In this document: positions 63,201 to 64,000 of the stretch, in pieces
Numbering within the stretch: position 1 is the first letter of the stretch
How the letters are laid out: each line of letters begins with the position of its first letter
Assembly (NCBI GenBank): GCA_965285935.1
Contig: OZ260664.1
Span: forward strand, 71,920,001-71,984,000
DNA: 64,000 bases
Direction: 5' to 3'
Origin: Ophelia neglecta
Taxonomy: Eukaryota
Translations under genes and position numbers: made by a program
The notes under the pieces: model-generated
What the model saw: the letters and a program-made list of their open reading frames with translations, nothing else
Told to the model about the DNA's origin: nothing
The model's database searches: none

Positions 63201-63881
63201 TATAAATGAGAACTATCAGATTTGTTTGAGATGAGATATGACACAGCCCCTTCTAGATGACACTAAGACACTTGTAAAATGTCCTTTCAATTCGGTTTAA
63301 AGTTTCCTAGAATCTGACCAAAATAGCCACTACCTATGTATTACTTCCATAATAAAGCACTCAGGTGTCCAGGATGAAGATTGCATTCTCATTTGCAAAC
63401 TATCATTAGGATAAATGGATCAGCCAAAAGTTTGTTGGTTTCTAAAATTGGAAATTTATGTACATTCCATGTATATGTAGACCATTTATAGTAAAACAAG
63501 ATACTACTCTGTCTGCGAATGTGCTCCTTACACTTATCTAGTATGAAATATTAGGGCAAATATTTACATAATTATACACTTGGATGCTGAGATGCTTGGC
63601 TAACTGTTGTTATAATAATGACTTAATTAGGAAAAATCCACGAGCCTGCGTCTAGCAACCATTCTTTAAAACTTAATTAGTTATCTGTTCATGTACAGGA
63701 ATTAGCATATTACGCAGTACTCAATAAGTAGTGTTGTGATTATAGATTAAATAAACCATTATCTGCCATTTATCTTATTGACAGTATCATAGTTATGTAC
63801 ACAACAAGACCACAATTTAGTACTTAAATTGATCTTGTTAATATGGTTAATAGGAAATTGTTGACTCCTTCTGTAATACTC

Positions 63882-63937
63882 ATGGCTCTATCACAATCAA
63901 TGGCTCTATCACAATCTCATTGGCTCTATCACAATCT
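63882..63937. repeat. Tandem repeat, ~19-bp unit x3
   Basis: TGGCTCTATCACAATC three times with short linkers. Confidence 0.9.
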
Positions 63938-64000
63938 ACTTGATCATGGACAGCTCTGGTCAGTGGCCAGTGGCCATTGGTTAGCTCCGGGAGTGATTTA

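Noticed and set aside
63962-64000. tRNA A-box-like GTGGCCATTGGTTAG at the window end
   Set aside because: Truncated by the window edge; cannot tell tRNA, SINE head and chance apart.

Overview
AT-rich, intron-rich animal genomic DNA, probably a marine invertebrate (inferred from Meta-like SINE, Academ remnant, TACATGTA runs and mosaic CpG depletion; species not identifiable). All gene models were built by hand from GT-AG sites and phase matching. Minus strand: (1) 5' coding exon of an ankyrin-repeat gene running off the left edge, with an ISRE/NF-kB composite motif ~1.6 kb upstream; (2) a complete 12-exon SLC22/Orct-like transporter (4048-9559, ~577 aa) whose intron 9 holds two 178-bp sister MITEs; (3) a complete 9-exon type I membrane protein (13015-20008, ~700 aa): signal peptide, Ser/Thr mucin-like region, three plexin/MET-type IPT domains with a furin site, TM helix and a short non-catalytic tail, with no Sema, PSI, GAP or kinase domain; (4) an internally deleted Academ (XPG/PIN + Cys-rich) DNA transposon remnant (23123-25209). 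Plus strand from ~27 kb: the CpG-depleted 5' part of a large unidentified gene with at least three apparent alternative first coding exons (191, 31 and 904 aa), all ending in phase-1 GTAAGT donors; the shared exons were not found in the window. No rRNA, tRNA or CRISPR array is supported.
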